This document shows, piece by piece, positions 12,913 through 23,803 of a stretch of 42,149 bases of DNA. Source of the DNA: a virus (lineage: Duplodnaviria; Heunggongvirae; Uroviricota; Caudoviricetes). The stretch is from the IMG/VR virus record IMGVR_UViG_2541047883_000004, one strand, 5' to 3'. Numbering within the stretch: the stretch's first letter is position 1; every line of letters starts with the position of its first letter. A model generated the notes under the pieces. The model had not been told where the DNA came from. It saw only the letters and a list, made by a program, of their open reading frames with translations, and ran no database searches. Both the position numbers and the translations under genes were made by a program.

Positions 12913-13188
12913 TTACTCAATAAAGATCATTGGCTTACCGTTAAAGCGTTCATGCCGTGTGACCGTCCATTGTTGTCCGTCATAAACAACGCGATCCCCG
13001 CGCCGTGGGCGGTATCCCGAAGAAAACACCACCAGAGAGACCGCAGGTCCGGACAGAGCATTCAGCTCTGCCAGTGTTTCTCCCGGGATCACAGTCATAT
13101 CGACATCATTAATCGAGGCTGTCTTTCCCATCTTTCTGACCGTGATCGCATCCATACGCGCTGCCAGCCGGGAAAAGGGATCAGACAT
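12913..13188 (-). CDS. Head-tail connector protein (FII-like)
   Basis: 91 aa in the FII position (between head genes and Z), with an RRGD motif reminiscent of lambda FII. Confidence 0.5.
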   Translation of the reverse strand: MSDPFSRLAARMDAITVRKMGKTASINDVDMTVIPGETLAELNALSGPAVSLVVFSSGYRPRRGDRVVYDGQQWTVTRHERFNGKPMIFIE

Positions 13189-13504
13189 TGAGTTTTACCG
13201 GCACTTCTTCTGCACTGGTTCCGGCATCTGCCCAGACAACCCCGACCAGCGGATCAGAGCCGCTGTTAGTCAGCTGAACTTTTCCGGACTTCAGATAAAC
13301 CTTCTTACCCGTTTTCATGTCATCCGTTTTCAGCTTAGGCAGCATAAACACACCTTCGGTCATGCCGTCGCCTGTTTCACCCTGTGGAATATCGGTCAGC
13401 GCCACCGCAAAAACATCACCCACCTGCACCAGCTCTCCGCTGCTGATGGCTGCACTGGCAACAATCGCCACCGTTTTTCCTTCTTCTACAAAATTCTTTG
13501 CCAT
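13181..13504 (-). CDS. DUF2190-like head protein (possible decoration or head-completion protein)
   Basis: Start MAKNFVEEGK at 13504 with SD GGAGA; Gly/Val-rich small protein directly downstream of the capsid gene. Confidence 0.45.
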   Translation of the reverse strand: MAKNFVEEGKTVAIVASAAISSGELVQVGDVFAVALTDIPQGETGDGMTEGVFMLPKLKTDDMKTGKKVYLKSGKVQLTNSGSDPLVGVVWADAGTSAEEVPVKLNV

Positions 13505-13548
13505 AACTGTCTCCGCACAGCCCCGTTCAGGGGCTGATTTCAGGTACA

Positions 13549-13572
13549 AAAAAAGCCCTTACGGGCCATCAG
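13549..13572 (-). terminator. Rho-independent terminator after the capsid gene
   Basis: Minus strand reads GCCC-GTAA-GGGC followed by TTTTTTT; a second stem-loop (CAGCCCC-TGAA-CGGGGCTG) lies at about 13521-13539. Confidence 0.6.
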
Positions 13573-13590
13573 AGTTGTTGTCTGCGACGT

Positions 13591-15549
13591 TTACGCCGTA
13601 CATTTCACCAGACCGCGGTGATCAACTGGCGCGACACCGGCGTCAATACGCACTTTCGTTGTCACGCCATCCACACTGAAGCCCTCCATCTGATCAATAT
13701 ATGGCGTATCCACACCGTTGAGATAAGCCACTTCAATCGTATCGGAGCCTTTTGACGCAGCCAGGTAGAAGGTGGTCTGGCTGTTATCATCAAGACGAGG
13801 CTCTGCAATAACGGTCGCAAAATCTTTCACCGGGTTAATAATACCGGCGTTAATGTCAGCCCCCTTGACACTTGAGGAGCGAATGACCTGGTTAGCAACA
13901 GACTCCATCGCCGTCGGTACCAGTACGAACGCAGGACGAATATTCAGATGACGCTCCCCCTCTTTCTGAACGCGCATCAACTGGCGGGCTTTATCCAGCG
14001 ATGCCACGTCCATTGCAGCGCTCTCCAGTACGTTTGCATGTTTCGCTTTATCGAACAGACTTACATTATCTGTGGAGATTTTCGGGTTAGACGTCAGAAT
14101 GGCATAAACCAGATCGGCAATAGTGGATTTCGCCGCACGGCCCAGTTTCATCGGGACATCGGTCAGCATATTCAGATCATCATTGATAATGGCCTGACGG
14201 GTGATACTGAACAGCTCGCCATAGGTCGCCAGTGCAATAGTGGCCTGTTTATCTCCGGTGGTGACGTATTTATATTCCGCCCCTTCACGCACCTGACGCA
14301 GAGCACTGAAGCCCCCCATACCCACACGATGGGCAATTTTAAAATCAGACAACTGACCTTTCCGCGTCCATTGTTCATAGGTTTCAGGAGCATCTTCCCA
14401 GCCCTGCAGAATGGCTTTGTTCGCAACATCCAGCAGAATATTACCGAAGTCAGACGTACTGTGGGTGAACGCCGCACCGACCATCTGCATCGGGTTATAA
14501 CCGGAAACCCCAATACCCCGTTCAGTCAGTGACATACGGGCATATTCACGCAGGGTCATCCCGTTGTAGACATTATCACGTTCGGTTTTTTCAAATCCGG
14601 CACGCGCCATCAGCGCCTGGCGGATCCCGTCCCCCACAAAATTACCGTTACCAGCATAAATATGAGCCGGTGTATTTTTATTGGATGGCGTGGACTCGCG
14701 CCCCATCTCGTTCAACAGCTTTTCGCGGGCCTGCTCCAGCGAACACTCAGGATCGGCAAGACACTGAGCCTGCAGCGTCTGATAACGCCCGCCAAACATG
14801 GCAAACAGATCATTAATACCGTTTACACGCGCTTTTTGCTCTGCCAGTACCTGCGCACGGATACTGTTTTCATCCACCACGGGTGCTGCTGCCTGCACTG
14901 GCGTCCGGGAGGCTGCAGGTTCATCATCCTGTACGCGTGGAGCACTGTTGCGTGGCGGAGTAATCATGTTTCGAATGGATTCCGGCATCTTTTTAAATTC
15001 CTCTGTACGTTTTGACTGAATACATGCCATTGCCTTAACGGCTGGCGTCACCTGATCAGCAAATCCATGTGCCAGACATTCGGCACCGGACATCCAGGTC
15101 TCATCCGCCAGCATGGCAGCAATTTCATCGGTGGTTTTCCCGGTTTTCTGTGCATAAGCGGGTAACAGAACCGCCTCAACCTTATCGAGCAGGTCGGCAT
15201 AGGTGCGCATGTCCTCCGCATCACCGCCCGTAAAGCCAAATGGTTTATGAATCATCATGAAGGTGTTTTCCGGCATAATGACCGGGTTTCCCACCATCGC
15301 AATGACCGACGCCATTGACGCCGCCACACCGTCGACATAAACGGTAATGGACGCACCATGTGTTTTCAGCGCATTAAAAATGGCGATGCCTTCAAAGACA
15401 TCGCCACCCGGTGAATTGATATGGAGATTAATGTGGGTGATATCGCCCAGTGCATTCAGATCACTGATAAACTGCTTCGCTGTAACACCCCAGAAACCAA
15501 TCTCGTCATAAATATAAATATCCGCGTCACTCTGGTGACCAGCCTGCAT
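13591..15549 (-). CDS. Prohead protease (ClpP/S14 family) fused to major capsid protein
   Basis: The N-terminal part has ClpP-like active-site context (GVAASMASVIAM with Ser; MIHKPFGF with His). The C-terminal roughly 400 aa is capsid-like. Start MQAGHQSDADIYIYDEIG lies 14 nt after the portal stop. Confidence 0.8.
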   Translation of the reverse strand: MQAGHQSDADIYIYDEIGFWGVTAKQFISDLNALGDITHINLHINSPGGDVFEGIAIFNALKTHGASITVYVDGVAASMASVIAMVGNPVIMPENTFMMIHKPFGFTGGDAEDMRTYADLLDKVEAVLLPAYAQKTGKTTDEIAAMLADETWMSGAECLAHGFADQVTPAVKAMACIQSKRTEEFKKMPESIRNMITPPRNSAPRVQDDEPAASRTPVQAAAPVVDENSIRAQVLAEQKARVNGINDLFAMFGGRYQTLQAQCLADPECSLEQAREKLLNEMGRESTPSNKNTPAHIYAGNGNFVGDGIRQALMARAGFEKTERDNVYNGMTLREYARMSLTERGIGVSGYNPMQMVGAAFTHSTSDFGNILLDVANKAILQGWEDAPETYEQWTRKGQLSDFKIAHRVGMGGFSALRQVREGAEYKYVTTGDKQATIALATYGELFSITRQAIINDDLNMLTDVPMKLGRAAKSTIADLVYAILTSNPKISTDNVSLFDKAKHANVLESAAMDVASLDKARQLMRVQKEGERHLNIRPAFVLVPTAMESVANQVIRSSSVKGADINAGIINPVKDFATVIAEPRLDDNSQTTFYLAASKGSDTIEVAYLNGVDTPYIDQMEGFSVDGVTTKVRIDAGVAPVDHRGLVKCTA

Positions 15550-15562
15550 CCTGAACCAGGAA

Positions 15563-17071
15563 TTATTCTTCGGACTGGTCGTCGGTGTGCTGCGGCTCCT
15601 GTCGTTTCGTTGCGGCACTGCTGCCTCCTTTATCACTGGCCGGATCGGTATCAAATACCAGATCCAGCTTGCGGTTTTCATCAATTTCTGCCTTGCGCCG
15701 ACGTTTGACATCATCCGGATTACGACCACCTGCACGTACCCAGTCTGATTCTGTCGCCGCTCCACCACGAATCTGAATTTTCCAGGCCTCAGCCTCCTTA
15801 ACAGGGTCAATCCACGGCATCACCGGTCCGGAATACACCGCGGTATACAGTGAAGAACGGTCAAGATCGCGGGGTAGCCTGATAACACCGGATGCCACAG
15901 CCTGTTTCAGCCAGGCACGATACATCGGGCGGGTGACGGCACCAATAAACCAGTCCTGCAGGATCAGGTAGCCATCAGTGGATTCAACCAGCTCCTGACG
16001 CTGGGCGCTGTAAGTGCCGTTATAGTTGCGCGCTGTACTGGAAAAACTCAGACGACTGCCCGCCGCCACGGCACGCAACTGACCATTACGAAAAGTTTCA
16101 AGGTTAGGATTGGGGCGATCCGACTTCACCATTCCGATTTCTTCGCCGGGTTTCAGATCGTCGTAAATAATGCCTGGCTGAATGGTAAGCTCGCGTTCAT
16201 TCTCCTTGCTGTCATTACCATCCGTTTCATAGCTCTGTCCGTCGCCTTTGCGGATGTACATCCCCAGAGCAGCAGCGATCCTTGCTGCAGTCAGCTCAGA
16301 ATCTTCATATTCTTTCAGGGCACTGAGGCGGATCAGCACACCGGACAATAAAGACGTCCCGCGCATCTGGTGCAGACGGCGAACAAATTTAAGATGCAGC
16401 ATTCGCTCTGCATCCACTTCTTTGGTTTCCATCTGCCGTCCGGATACAGGACGACTTTTATACACCAGATATTTTTCGGGACGCCCCCAGTCATCAACAA
16501 ACACGCCCTGATTCAGCCTGTTGCTCTCATCACTGGTCATGGGAATAAAGTCTGGCTCGAGTGCCTCCAGCCAGAAATGAACACCGGCAGAAGGCGTCAG
16601 GCTGTTTATGCGCCCGGAAACCATCTGGGCAAACACCTCACCATCGCGCAGCCAGGTACGCAGCATCAGACGTTCCAGCATCGGACGGGTAAACTGCCCG
16701 GTAACTTCCGGACTGACAGACCATTCACTCCATCGGGTGCGTATCTCCGCTGCCAGATCACGGGCAATGGCCCCATTGCGTAATACCGGATGTGGCTCGA
16801 CAATAATCCCGTTTTTCCCCACCACCCGTTCTTCCAGCTTGTCAAATACACCAATGACCAGATCGTGGTTGTTATCAAGGTAACGGGCCTGCTCACGTAA
16901 CGACACGGCCCCGTAGAGGCTTAACTGGTCGGCAGTTCGGTTTTCCCGCCGGGCTTTGTGTGTCCGCGTCGTTTTTACGGCCTCATAAGCCTGGATCACC
17001 GCCCGGGAACGCAGCCTTGCCGCTTTCCATCCTGGTGAAAAAACGCCAATCACATCATCAAGAATTGCCAT
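15563..17071 (-). CDS. Portal protein (lambda gpB family)
   Basis: About 502 aa from MAILDDVIGVFSPGWK. The ATG overlaps the W stop (TGATG). Located between W and the protease-capsid gene. Confidence 0.85.
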   Translation of the reverse strand: MAILDDVIGVFSPGWKAARLRSRAVIQAYEAVKTTRTHKARRENRTADQLSLYGAVSLREQARYLDNNHDLVIGVFDKLEERVVGKNGIIVEPHPVLRNGAIARDLAAEIRTRWSEWSVSPEVTGQFTRPMLERLMLRTWLRDGEVFAQMVSGRINSLTPSAGVHFWLEALEPDFIPMTSDESNRLNQGVFVDDWGRPEKYLVYKSRPVSGRQMETKEVDAERMLHLKFVRRLHQMRGTSLLSGVLIRLSALKEYEDSELTAARIAAALGMYIRKGDGQSYETDGNDSKENERELTIQPGIIYDDLKPGEEIGMVKSDRPNPNLETFRNGQLRAVAAGSRLSFSSTARNYNGTYSAQRQELVESTDGYLILQDWFIGAVTRPMYRAWLKQAVASGVIRLPRDLDRSSLYTAVYSGPVMPWIDPVKEAEAWKIQIRGGAATESDWVRAGGRNPDDVKRRRKAEIDENRKLDLVFDTDPASDKGGSSAATKRQEPQHTDDQSEE

Positions 17072-17283
17072 CAGAACCTCGCCAGCCGGTACCCGGGATG
17101 CCCCCGTCGTCGTGTAATCAGAGCCGCAAGGCGGCGCTCCCACTCCTGCCGTCCCTGCCGGATCTCAGATAAGTTTTCCATGGTCATCTGCTGACCATTA
17201 AAGGTGACGGATTTTCCGTCCAGCACCGCCATTTCAGCTTCCGTATAACGCTGAATCATGGCTTCGATATCATTCTGGTTCAT
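17071..17283 (-). CDS. W: Head-tail joining protein W
   Basis: About 70 aa ending RRRGHPGYRLARF, similar to lambda gpW. Start MNQNDIEAM has SD GGAGG at 6-nt spacing and overlaps the terminase stop (ATGA). Confidence 0.75.
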   Translation of the reverse strand: MNQNDIEAMIQRYTEAEMAVLDGKSVTFNGQQMTMENLSEIRQGRQEWERRLAALITRRRGHPGYRLARF

Positions 17284-19379
17284 AACCATCCTCCGGAAGT
17301 CAGCCAGGGGTTAACATCGTTAGTTACTGTTTTCTTCCGTTTTTGTTTTTTAACAGGCGTGGATACCGGTTCCGGTGAGGGTGACGGTTCGGTACTGTCC
17401 GGGACACACTCCAGCCAGGTTTCCCGGCTCGCCCACTCCGGTGCATCCGGCCAGCGGATCTTTTCGTATCCATGCAGAATGACCAGAGCCTCGGCATACA
17501 CCATCAGGTCAAAAGCTTCGTTGGCACCGCGACCCGGCTTACTCCATTTCCCGTCACTGCTCCGCTCTTCATACGTCAGTTCGTCGTAAAACCAGCTCCC
17601 CAGCCAGTCAGGGAAATGCACATAGCCGGGACCTGGCGAGTCACGCCATAACGCGTTATTCACCCGGTCTTTCAGTGCATCCGTCTGAAGAAGCCAGAGC
17701 GGCACATCACCTGCGGCCTGCGCCCGTCGGCCCGTTCGTCCGGTGTTATCAGGGAATGTACGGGTGATCAGTTTTGCGCGCCGGATGCTGTCGCCCTTAA
17801 ACAGGTAAATACGTTTACCAAGGCCATCACGACGGCAACGACGCCAGAATTTATAGGCATTATCAGTGACCCCGTCTTCACCGCCGGAGTCCACCGCCAT
17901 TGCCATCAGTCGCATTTGTTGAGAAGGATCGGAGGCCAGCGGCCAGCTTTTATGAAAAACATCCGTCAGCAGGACATCCCAGTCTTCCGGATAGCTGGCC
18001 GGATCAATTCGCTGGCTCTCCCCGTCGCAGTCACTGCGCAATGACTGCGTGATATTGTAACGATCAATAATCCAGCGTTCGCCACGACTGCCATAGCCAG
18101 TTACCTGAACCACAAAACGGCGATGACGTCCCGCCTGAACATCCACTGTCGCCACAAGGAAATTAACGCCATCCGGCACACTGCAGGAAGGAACTGGCTC
18201 TGCCCGCTGCTCAAGCAGTTCACTTTTTCGTTGCTCCATGCTGGCACGAGGAAGATAAGGCAATCCCCAGTCGGTGTTGATAACCGCCCTGAGTGTTTCT
18301 TCGCTTCCTGTCGCTTCATACTCCTGTTCTGCAGTCAGTAATTTGTAAACCAGTTGCGCCCAGGTCTGATACGCAGCAGCTGGCCCTTCCATCCAGAAAC
18401 TGGCGATACGGGAGCGGCGCGGTTCACCGGAAACGTTGCCGTTACGATCAATGACCTGACCTTCACGCAACCAGACTCCTGCACTATTGAGCTCACGCTT
18501 TTTCTCCGCAGTGATAATGCCGCTGCAGTGCGGGCAAAGTAGATACGCCGCCTCACTGGCTTTAAAGGGATCCGGTTCATTACGGTAGCCGGTCATGGCA
18601 TCCATAGCTGGCTGAAAATATTCACCGCAGTGCGGACATGGCCAGTACCAGCGGCGGCGGTCACCACGATTGTAAAGGGAAAGAATACCAGTCGTCGGTG
18701 GCGCTTCATGAGGCGACTTACGTCGCCATTTGCTGTCGCAGATGTCACGTCCCGGCGAGCTCTCCACCAGAGTCATCCCGGCGGACATAAATGTGGTGGT
18801 ACGTTTTGAGGCCAGGGAGAAACCATCACCCTCGCTGTCGATATTCTCCGGAAAACGGTCGTAATCGGTTAAGGCGACAAACCGGTAATCCGACGACGAC
18901 ATAATGTTGACCGAGGGCCAACCAATTTTAAGGAACGAGCCATCCCTGAACGTCTTATCATGGACATTATTGTCGTTACGACGTGGACTCATTCTTTTCT
19001 TTACCGCCGCACTGCTTCTGAACGTTCTGTCGAGGCGCTTTTTAGAATGCTCGCGGGCCTTATCTTCGGTCATCTGCACAACGAGCATGTCCGAAGGATC
19101 GCAAACGATGGTATAGACAATCCATCCATCGATCAGACCAATGGTCTTCCCTGTTCGCGCAGGACCAACAAAAATCACCGCATCGTATTCACGCGATGCC
19201 AGGCAGTTCATGGGCTCAATGATGTAGGGTGTCAGTTCAGGATCCCATGGCACCGAGTTACCAGCCCCCTTGGGAACACGCATGAATTTTTTAACAGCCT
19301 CCGAAATCGGCATGCGACGTGGTGGGGAAAATCCTGCCGATATGTCCCTTCCCAAATTTCGGGCTGATGAAAAACCCAT
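17280..19379 (-). CDS. A: Terminase large subunit (lambda gpA family)
   Basis: 699 aa with Walker A-like GPARTGKT, a CPHCG zinc motif and a C-terminal nuclease region; sits between Nu1 and W. Confidence 0.85.
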   Translation of the reverse strand: MGFSSARNLGRDISAGFSPPRRMPISEAVKKFMRVPKGAGNSVPWDPELTPYIIEPMNCLASREYDAVIFVGPARTGKTIGLIDGWIVYTIVCDPSDMLVVQMTEDKAREHSKKRLDRTFRSSAAVKKRMSPRRNDNNVHDKTFRDGSFLKIGWPSVNIMSSSDYRFVALTDYDRFPENIDSEGDGFSLASKRTTTFMSAGMTLVESSPGRDICDSKWRRKSPHEAPPTTGILSLYNRGDRRRWYWPCPHCGEYFQPAMDAMTGYRNEPDPFKASEAAYLLCPHCSGIITAEKKRELNSAGVWLREGQVIDRNGNVSGEPRRSRIASFWMEGPAAAYQTWAQLVYKLLTAEQEYEATGSEETLRAVINTDWGLPYLPRASMEQRKSELLEQRAEPVPSCSVPDGVNFLVATVDVQAGRHRRFVVQVTGYGSRGERWIIDRYNITQSLRSDCDGESQRIDPASYPEDWDVLLTDVFHKSWPLASDPSQQMRLMAMAVDSGGEDGVTDNAYKFWRRCRRDGLGKRIYLFKGDSIRRAKLITRTFPDNTGRTGRRAQAAGDVPLWLLQTDALKDRVNNALWRDSPGPGYVHFPDWLGSWFYDELTYEERSSDGKWSKPGRGANEAFDLMVYAEALVILHGYEKIRWPDAPEWASRETWLECVPDSTEPSPSPEPVSTPVKKQKRKKTVTNDVNPWLTSGGWL

Positions 19380-19387
19380 TATTCCTC

Positions 19388-19915
19388 CTAGAGACTCTCT
19401 CCTTCCTCATCAGGAATTAATTCAGCAGCACAAGCCTCGTAGGATTTTTCCTGAAGAGTGTATCGCAGGTCATCAATGGCCTGCTGTACAACGCCGACGG
19501 CCTGAGGAGTCAGAGCGCAATCGCGTTCAAGAACATCCGGAATTGTCTCCAGAACCTGGACGACAGCCTTTCTCATGGACGAATAGACGATGACTACTTC
19601 ATCAACTGGGATGAGTTTTCGCTGCTCCTTTTCCAGCTTGATCCTTTCATTTTCAGACTGGTACCAGTCCTTTCTCTCTTTCGGCTCCATACGGGATGGA
19701 TCATGAACAGAGTCTGCTCCCTCATGCTTCACACTAAACAGGGCGGGCCCGACATGCTGCAGGGCGTAAACGGGGTTCCCCCTGACAGTCGCAGCCACAG
19801 GAGTGTTGGCCGCGAGGAGCCGTTTTTTTACTGTGTCCCGGTGAAGCCCAAAGGCCTCGGCGATTTTAAAAACACTCCAGTAATAAGCATCACCGATCCC
19901 GCTCACATTTGACAT
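19388..19915 (-). CDS. nu1: Terminase small subunit (Nu1-like, wHTH)
   Basis: Start MSNVSGIGDAYYW with SD GGAG; N-terminal HTH; immediately downstream of the cos site on the minus strand. Confidence 0.75.
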   Translation of the reverse strand: MSNVSGIGDAYYWSVFKIAEAFGLHRDTVKKRLLAANTPVAATVRGNPVYALQHVGPALFSVKHEGADSVHDPSRMEPKERKDWYQSENERIKLEKEQRKLIPVDEVVIVYSSMRKAVVQVLETIPDVLERDCALTPQAVGVVQQAIDDLRYTLQEKSYEACAAELIPDEEGESL

Positions 19916-20089
19916 AAGCAACTCCATCTGGCAGGTGAAAATCAGGTTTATTTATATATTTCAATTAATTGCAAACTGGTCTAATGACAGGAAGAAAAAA
20001 ATATTGTACAGGTGAAAAGGGAAATAACTTTTAATTATCAATAAATTACCAAACATGCTGCCGCCGCCATGGAAATGCAAAAACTAGCC

Positions 20090-20125
20090 TTTTTCCGCGA
20101 CGCTCCCGCCCCGTGGCAGGGCCCC
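20090..20125 (-). other. Cohesive-end site cosN (lambda-like)
   Basis: Minus strand reads CACGGGGCGGGAGCGTCGCGGAAAAAGGC, against lambda cosN TACGGGGCGGCGACCTCGCGGGTTTTCGC as recalled. An A/T-rich cosB-like spacer (19928-20090) separates it from the nu1 start. Confidence 0.6.
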
Positions 20126-20477
20126 CCACTGGGAGGACCCGACAGCCTGACAACCGTGACGAGCATCTTTAACAGAGCTTTACATAATGGCATGGGGATA
20201 ATTCAGAAGGACATCACAGCATGCCCACACAAATTAGTGTGAGTGTCCTGTTTCTTACTACGCGCAGGACTGACGAGCATGAGGGGAAAATACGAGAACC
20301 GAAATGCCTTATCTTCAGAAATGCAGCCGGCATCCGAACTGGACGATATTGTAAATTCACCTAAATACGAGGCATTGCTGTAGTTGAATTGCATTGCTGT
20401 ATTAGCCTGACAGTGACAGAATACGATATTGACTCTGTCACTTGTGAAATGGTCAGAATGGTTAGCAGTTATGGTGA

Positions 20478-20684
20478 TCAGTCAACCACCAGGGAATAAT
20501 CCTTCGTATTCTTATCGTGCTTTACTAACGCGGCCTCAATTGCCCTGAATGCTTCCAGAGACACTTGATGTTCTATACATGCAATTACAACATCCGGGTA
20601 ACCCATCGAAATGGTGCTATTAAGCATAGTTTTTACACGAACCTGCTCCTGGGAGGGGGCATCAGTGTATTGATCTTTATGCAT
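20478..20684 (-). CDS. Hypothetical small protein near cos
   Basis: 68-aa ORF only; no recognised motif. Confidence 0.3.
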   Translation of the reverse strand: MHKDQYTDAPSQEQVRVKTMLNSTISMGYPDVVIACIEHQVSLEAFRAIEAALVKHDKNTKDYSLVVD

Positions 20685-20977
20685 TTTGTCGCTCCATGCG
20701 TTTGCTCTTCACTTACGGCTAAAAATATAACGTCAAATCACTCAGCATGAAAGAGTTAAAGATTCAGCGCGTTTCCCTTACATAATCTGTCGTTTGTATT
20801 CTCATCAGGCATACCGGAAAGACTAGGTATTGTCACACAACCAATACCATCGACAATCGAGATTTATACCTATTCGGTAATGTTTAAATATAACAAAACC
20901 CCGTAAAAACGAGGTTTATGGGTAATTTGTATTGTTGAATAGCATCTGATGAGAAATTGATGCTAATACTAAACAGA

Positions 20978-21151
20978 CTAGATTAAATCAATCTTGATAT
21001 CATAGCTTTCAAGACCAGTCATTTTTTCCCGTGCAGTAAACTGGATACTGGTAACTTCTTTCCCGGTCTTTTTCTTAAGCTCAATGATTTTTTTTGTTAT
21101 ATATTCAGAAATATCTGCTTCTGTTTTTGTTTTTAACTCTTCAATGTTCAT
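20978..21151 (-). CDS. gnsB: GnsA/GnsB-family protein
   Basis: 57 aa MNIEELKTKTEADISEYITKKIIELKKKTGKEVTSIQFTAREKMTGLESYDIKIDLI, near-colinear with E. coli GnsA/GnsB as recalled; SD GAGG. Confidence 0.7.
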   Translation of the reverse strand: MNIEELKTKTEADISEYITKKIIELKKKTGKEVTSIQFTAREKMTGLESYDIKIDLI

Positions 21152-21323
21152 CATTTCCTCTTTTAGTCTGTTATGACTTTCCTGGTACACAGTAGTGTCA
21201 ATTATATGGAGCAAACGTATAAAAGATAAGATGAAACATCGCAATAATCAACATACGACGGTCTAAATTTCACACAAACAGATAAAGATGATTATCATTT
21301 ATTATCAATGCATTAGAATCAAA

Positions 21324-21554
21324 TCAATTCAAGAGTCTCATTGCTGCTTCCAGAATTTCTTCTGAAGTTACATGTCGATCCGCTGCTACATAAATGATTT
21401 TATGATCTCCGGTCAGAGATGGAAACCCTGCAGCCATTACAGTGAGGTGTGTTGTTTCGCCATTTGGATATTCACGCATGATGGTGTTAACTCCGGTCAT
21501 CACTGGCACTACCATTGCTGGTTCAGAGTTAAAAAAAACTATTATTTTTTTCAT
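21324..21554 (-). CDS. Small conserved prophage protein (YnfN-position)
   Basis: 76-aa ORF in the slot occupied by ynfN in Qin-like gene order (csp - ynfN - gnsB). Identity not verified. Confidence 0.4.
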   Translation of the reverse strand: MKKIIVFFNSEPAMVVPVMTGVNTIMREYPNGETTHLTVMAAGFPSLTGDHKIIYVAADRHVTSEEILEAAMRLLN

Positions 21555-21592
21555 AATGTTACCGTATTATGTGAGTATCCATCGACTAGACA

Positions 21593-21621
21593 CTAAGAAA
21601 AAAAGCTCCCGAAGGAGCCTT
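21593..21621 (-). terminator. Rho-independent terminator after the csp unit
   Basis: Minus strand reads GGCTCC-TTCG-GGAGC followed by TTTTTTTCTT. Confidence 0.6.
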
Positions 21622-21626
21622 CATTT

Positions 21627-21842
21627 TCACTTTCTTAAATCTAACGATAGACGGCTAACATTTAAGTATTGTGAAATATTATCAAATGTAATCATCATTG
21701 ATTTACAAAAGATACATTTTGCCCCGAAAGGATTCCTGTCAGAAACATCAAAAGATGATGTTCTATACTGAGAACCATGGCAACACGGGCATCTAAAGTG
21801 AATATGGTTTGTAATATTATCTACCTCAAAGTGCCACAACAT
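21627..21842 (-). CDS. Possible zinc-ribbon small protein (CPCC ... CIFC)
   Basis: ORF with four Cys in ribbon spacing, ending directly before the terminator. It overlaps the csp 3' end, so the start is uncertain. Confidence 0.3.
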   Translation of the reverse strand: MLWHFEVDNITNHIHFRCPCCHGSQYRTSSFDVSDRNPFGAKCIFCKSMMITFDNISQYLNVSRLSLDLRK

Positions 21843-22038
21843 GAACAGCCGCGGGGCCTTTAGGTCCGTTCTCAATACCAAATTCGACTTCCTGATTCTC
21901 AGTTAACGTTTTGAAATCGTTGCTCTGAATAGCTGAGAAATGGACAAACACATCTTTGCTACCATCTTTCGGCGTGATGAAACCAAAACCTTTTTCAGGG
22001 TTAAACCATTTCACTAAACCAGTCATTTTGTTAGACAT
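21826..22038 (-). CDS. cspI: Cold-shock protein, CspA family (CspI-like)
   Basis: [38 protein letters not shown] ... with RNP1/RNP2 motifs; long AT-rich 5' leader (22042-22400) typical of csp genes. Confidence 0.8.
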   Translation of the reverse strand: MSNKMTGLVKWFNPEKGFGFITPKDGSKDVFVHFSAIQSNDFKTLTENQEVEFGIENGPKGPAAVHVVAL

Positions 22039-22401
22039 CATTATTACCTTTTGAAGAAGTTAGCCCTTGGGCAGAATGGTCCGAAAAAAAATATCAGAGA
22101 GAAAAACCAACAAGGAAATCTCAAGAGGTACAAATAATAAAATTATAACAATGACTGCTTCAGATAATTTTGTAACAAACCAGAACACCATTAACGCATG
22201 ATTAACCAACCATAGCAAGGATTACTTTTGTAAAGAAAAACACACGAATGAAACAATAGCTTTATTTATTAATAAAACGTGTCATTCTGTCTAATGACCT
22301 TTTATCTTACCCTTAAGATTTCAAGGATTTTGACTCATGGAAGAGTCCTTTTTATTTAAATTTCACATTCAGCGCTAAAAATAATCCGATTTAATATTAA
22401 T

Positions 22402-23429
<1,028 letters not shown>

Positions 23430-23542
23430 GGATATTTATCAGGATTTATCGGCTTCAAATCCCCGGATATGTTAAATCTTACCTCACCAGTGATGGGCAC
23501 TGGCGGGAGGAGGATGTCAATCTGATAAACACAGAGGCGACT

Positions 23543-23803
23543 ATGGATTACACAAATCTACCTAAACAAACTTTTGCTGATTTAATCGCACTCAGGCAAG
23601 CAGTCGTAGCTCTAATCAACTTGTTGCCGGAGAAGGAAAAGGAATTAGTTAAAGCGCTTCTTAACAGAACTGCCGCCGATTTTTCATCATATCCACTGAC
23701 AGATGACCTTGCGGACCTTCCTGAATTAATTGCAGCGTCCGCCAATAAGCTTACTGAAGAGATTTACCCTCCTCAAAAATCTTCACAAAATTCCTGCGAG
23801 TAA
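23543..23803 (+). CDS. Hypothetical acidic helical protein, antisense to the late operon
   Basis: 86-aa ORF with SD GAGG; convergent with, and overlapping by about 50 nt, the 190-aa minus-strand ORF. Confidence 0.3.
   Translation: MDYTNLPKQTFADLIALRQAVVALINLLPEKEKELVKALLNRTAADFSSYPLTDDLADLPELIAASANKLTEEIYPPQKSSQNSCE

Noticed and set aside
13948-14532. 194-aa plus-strand ORF
   Set aside because: Antisense to the protease-capsid gene.
15563-17143. Upstream 24-codon extension of the portal ORF (MGAPPCGSDYTT ...)
   Set aside because: The extension overlaps the W coding region; the ATG at 17071 overlapping the W stop (TGATG) is the more plausible start.
19928-20200. Possible tRNA or attachment site near the cos region
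   Set aside because: No cloverleaf-compatible T-loop (GTTCGA-type) seen here. Int is at the far right end, so the attachment site is expected beyond 42149, outside the window.
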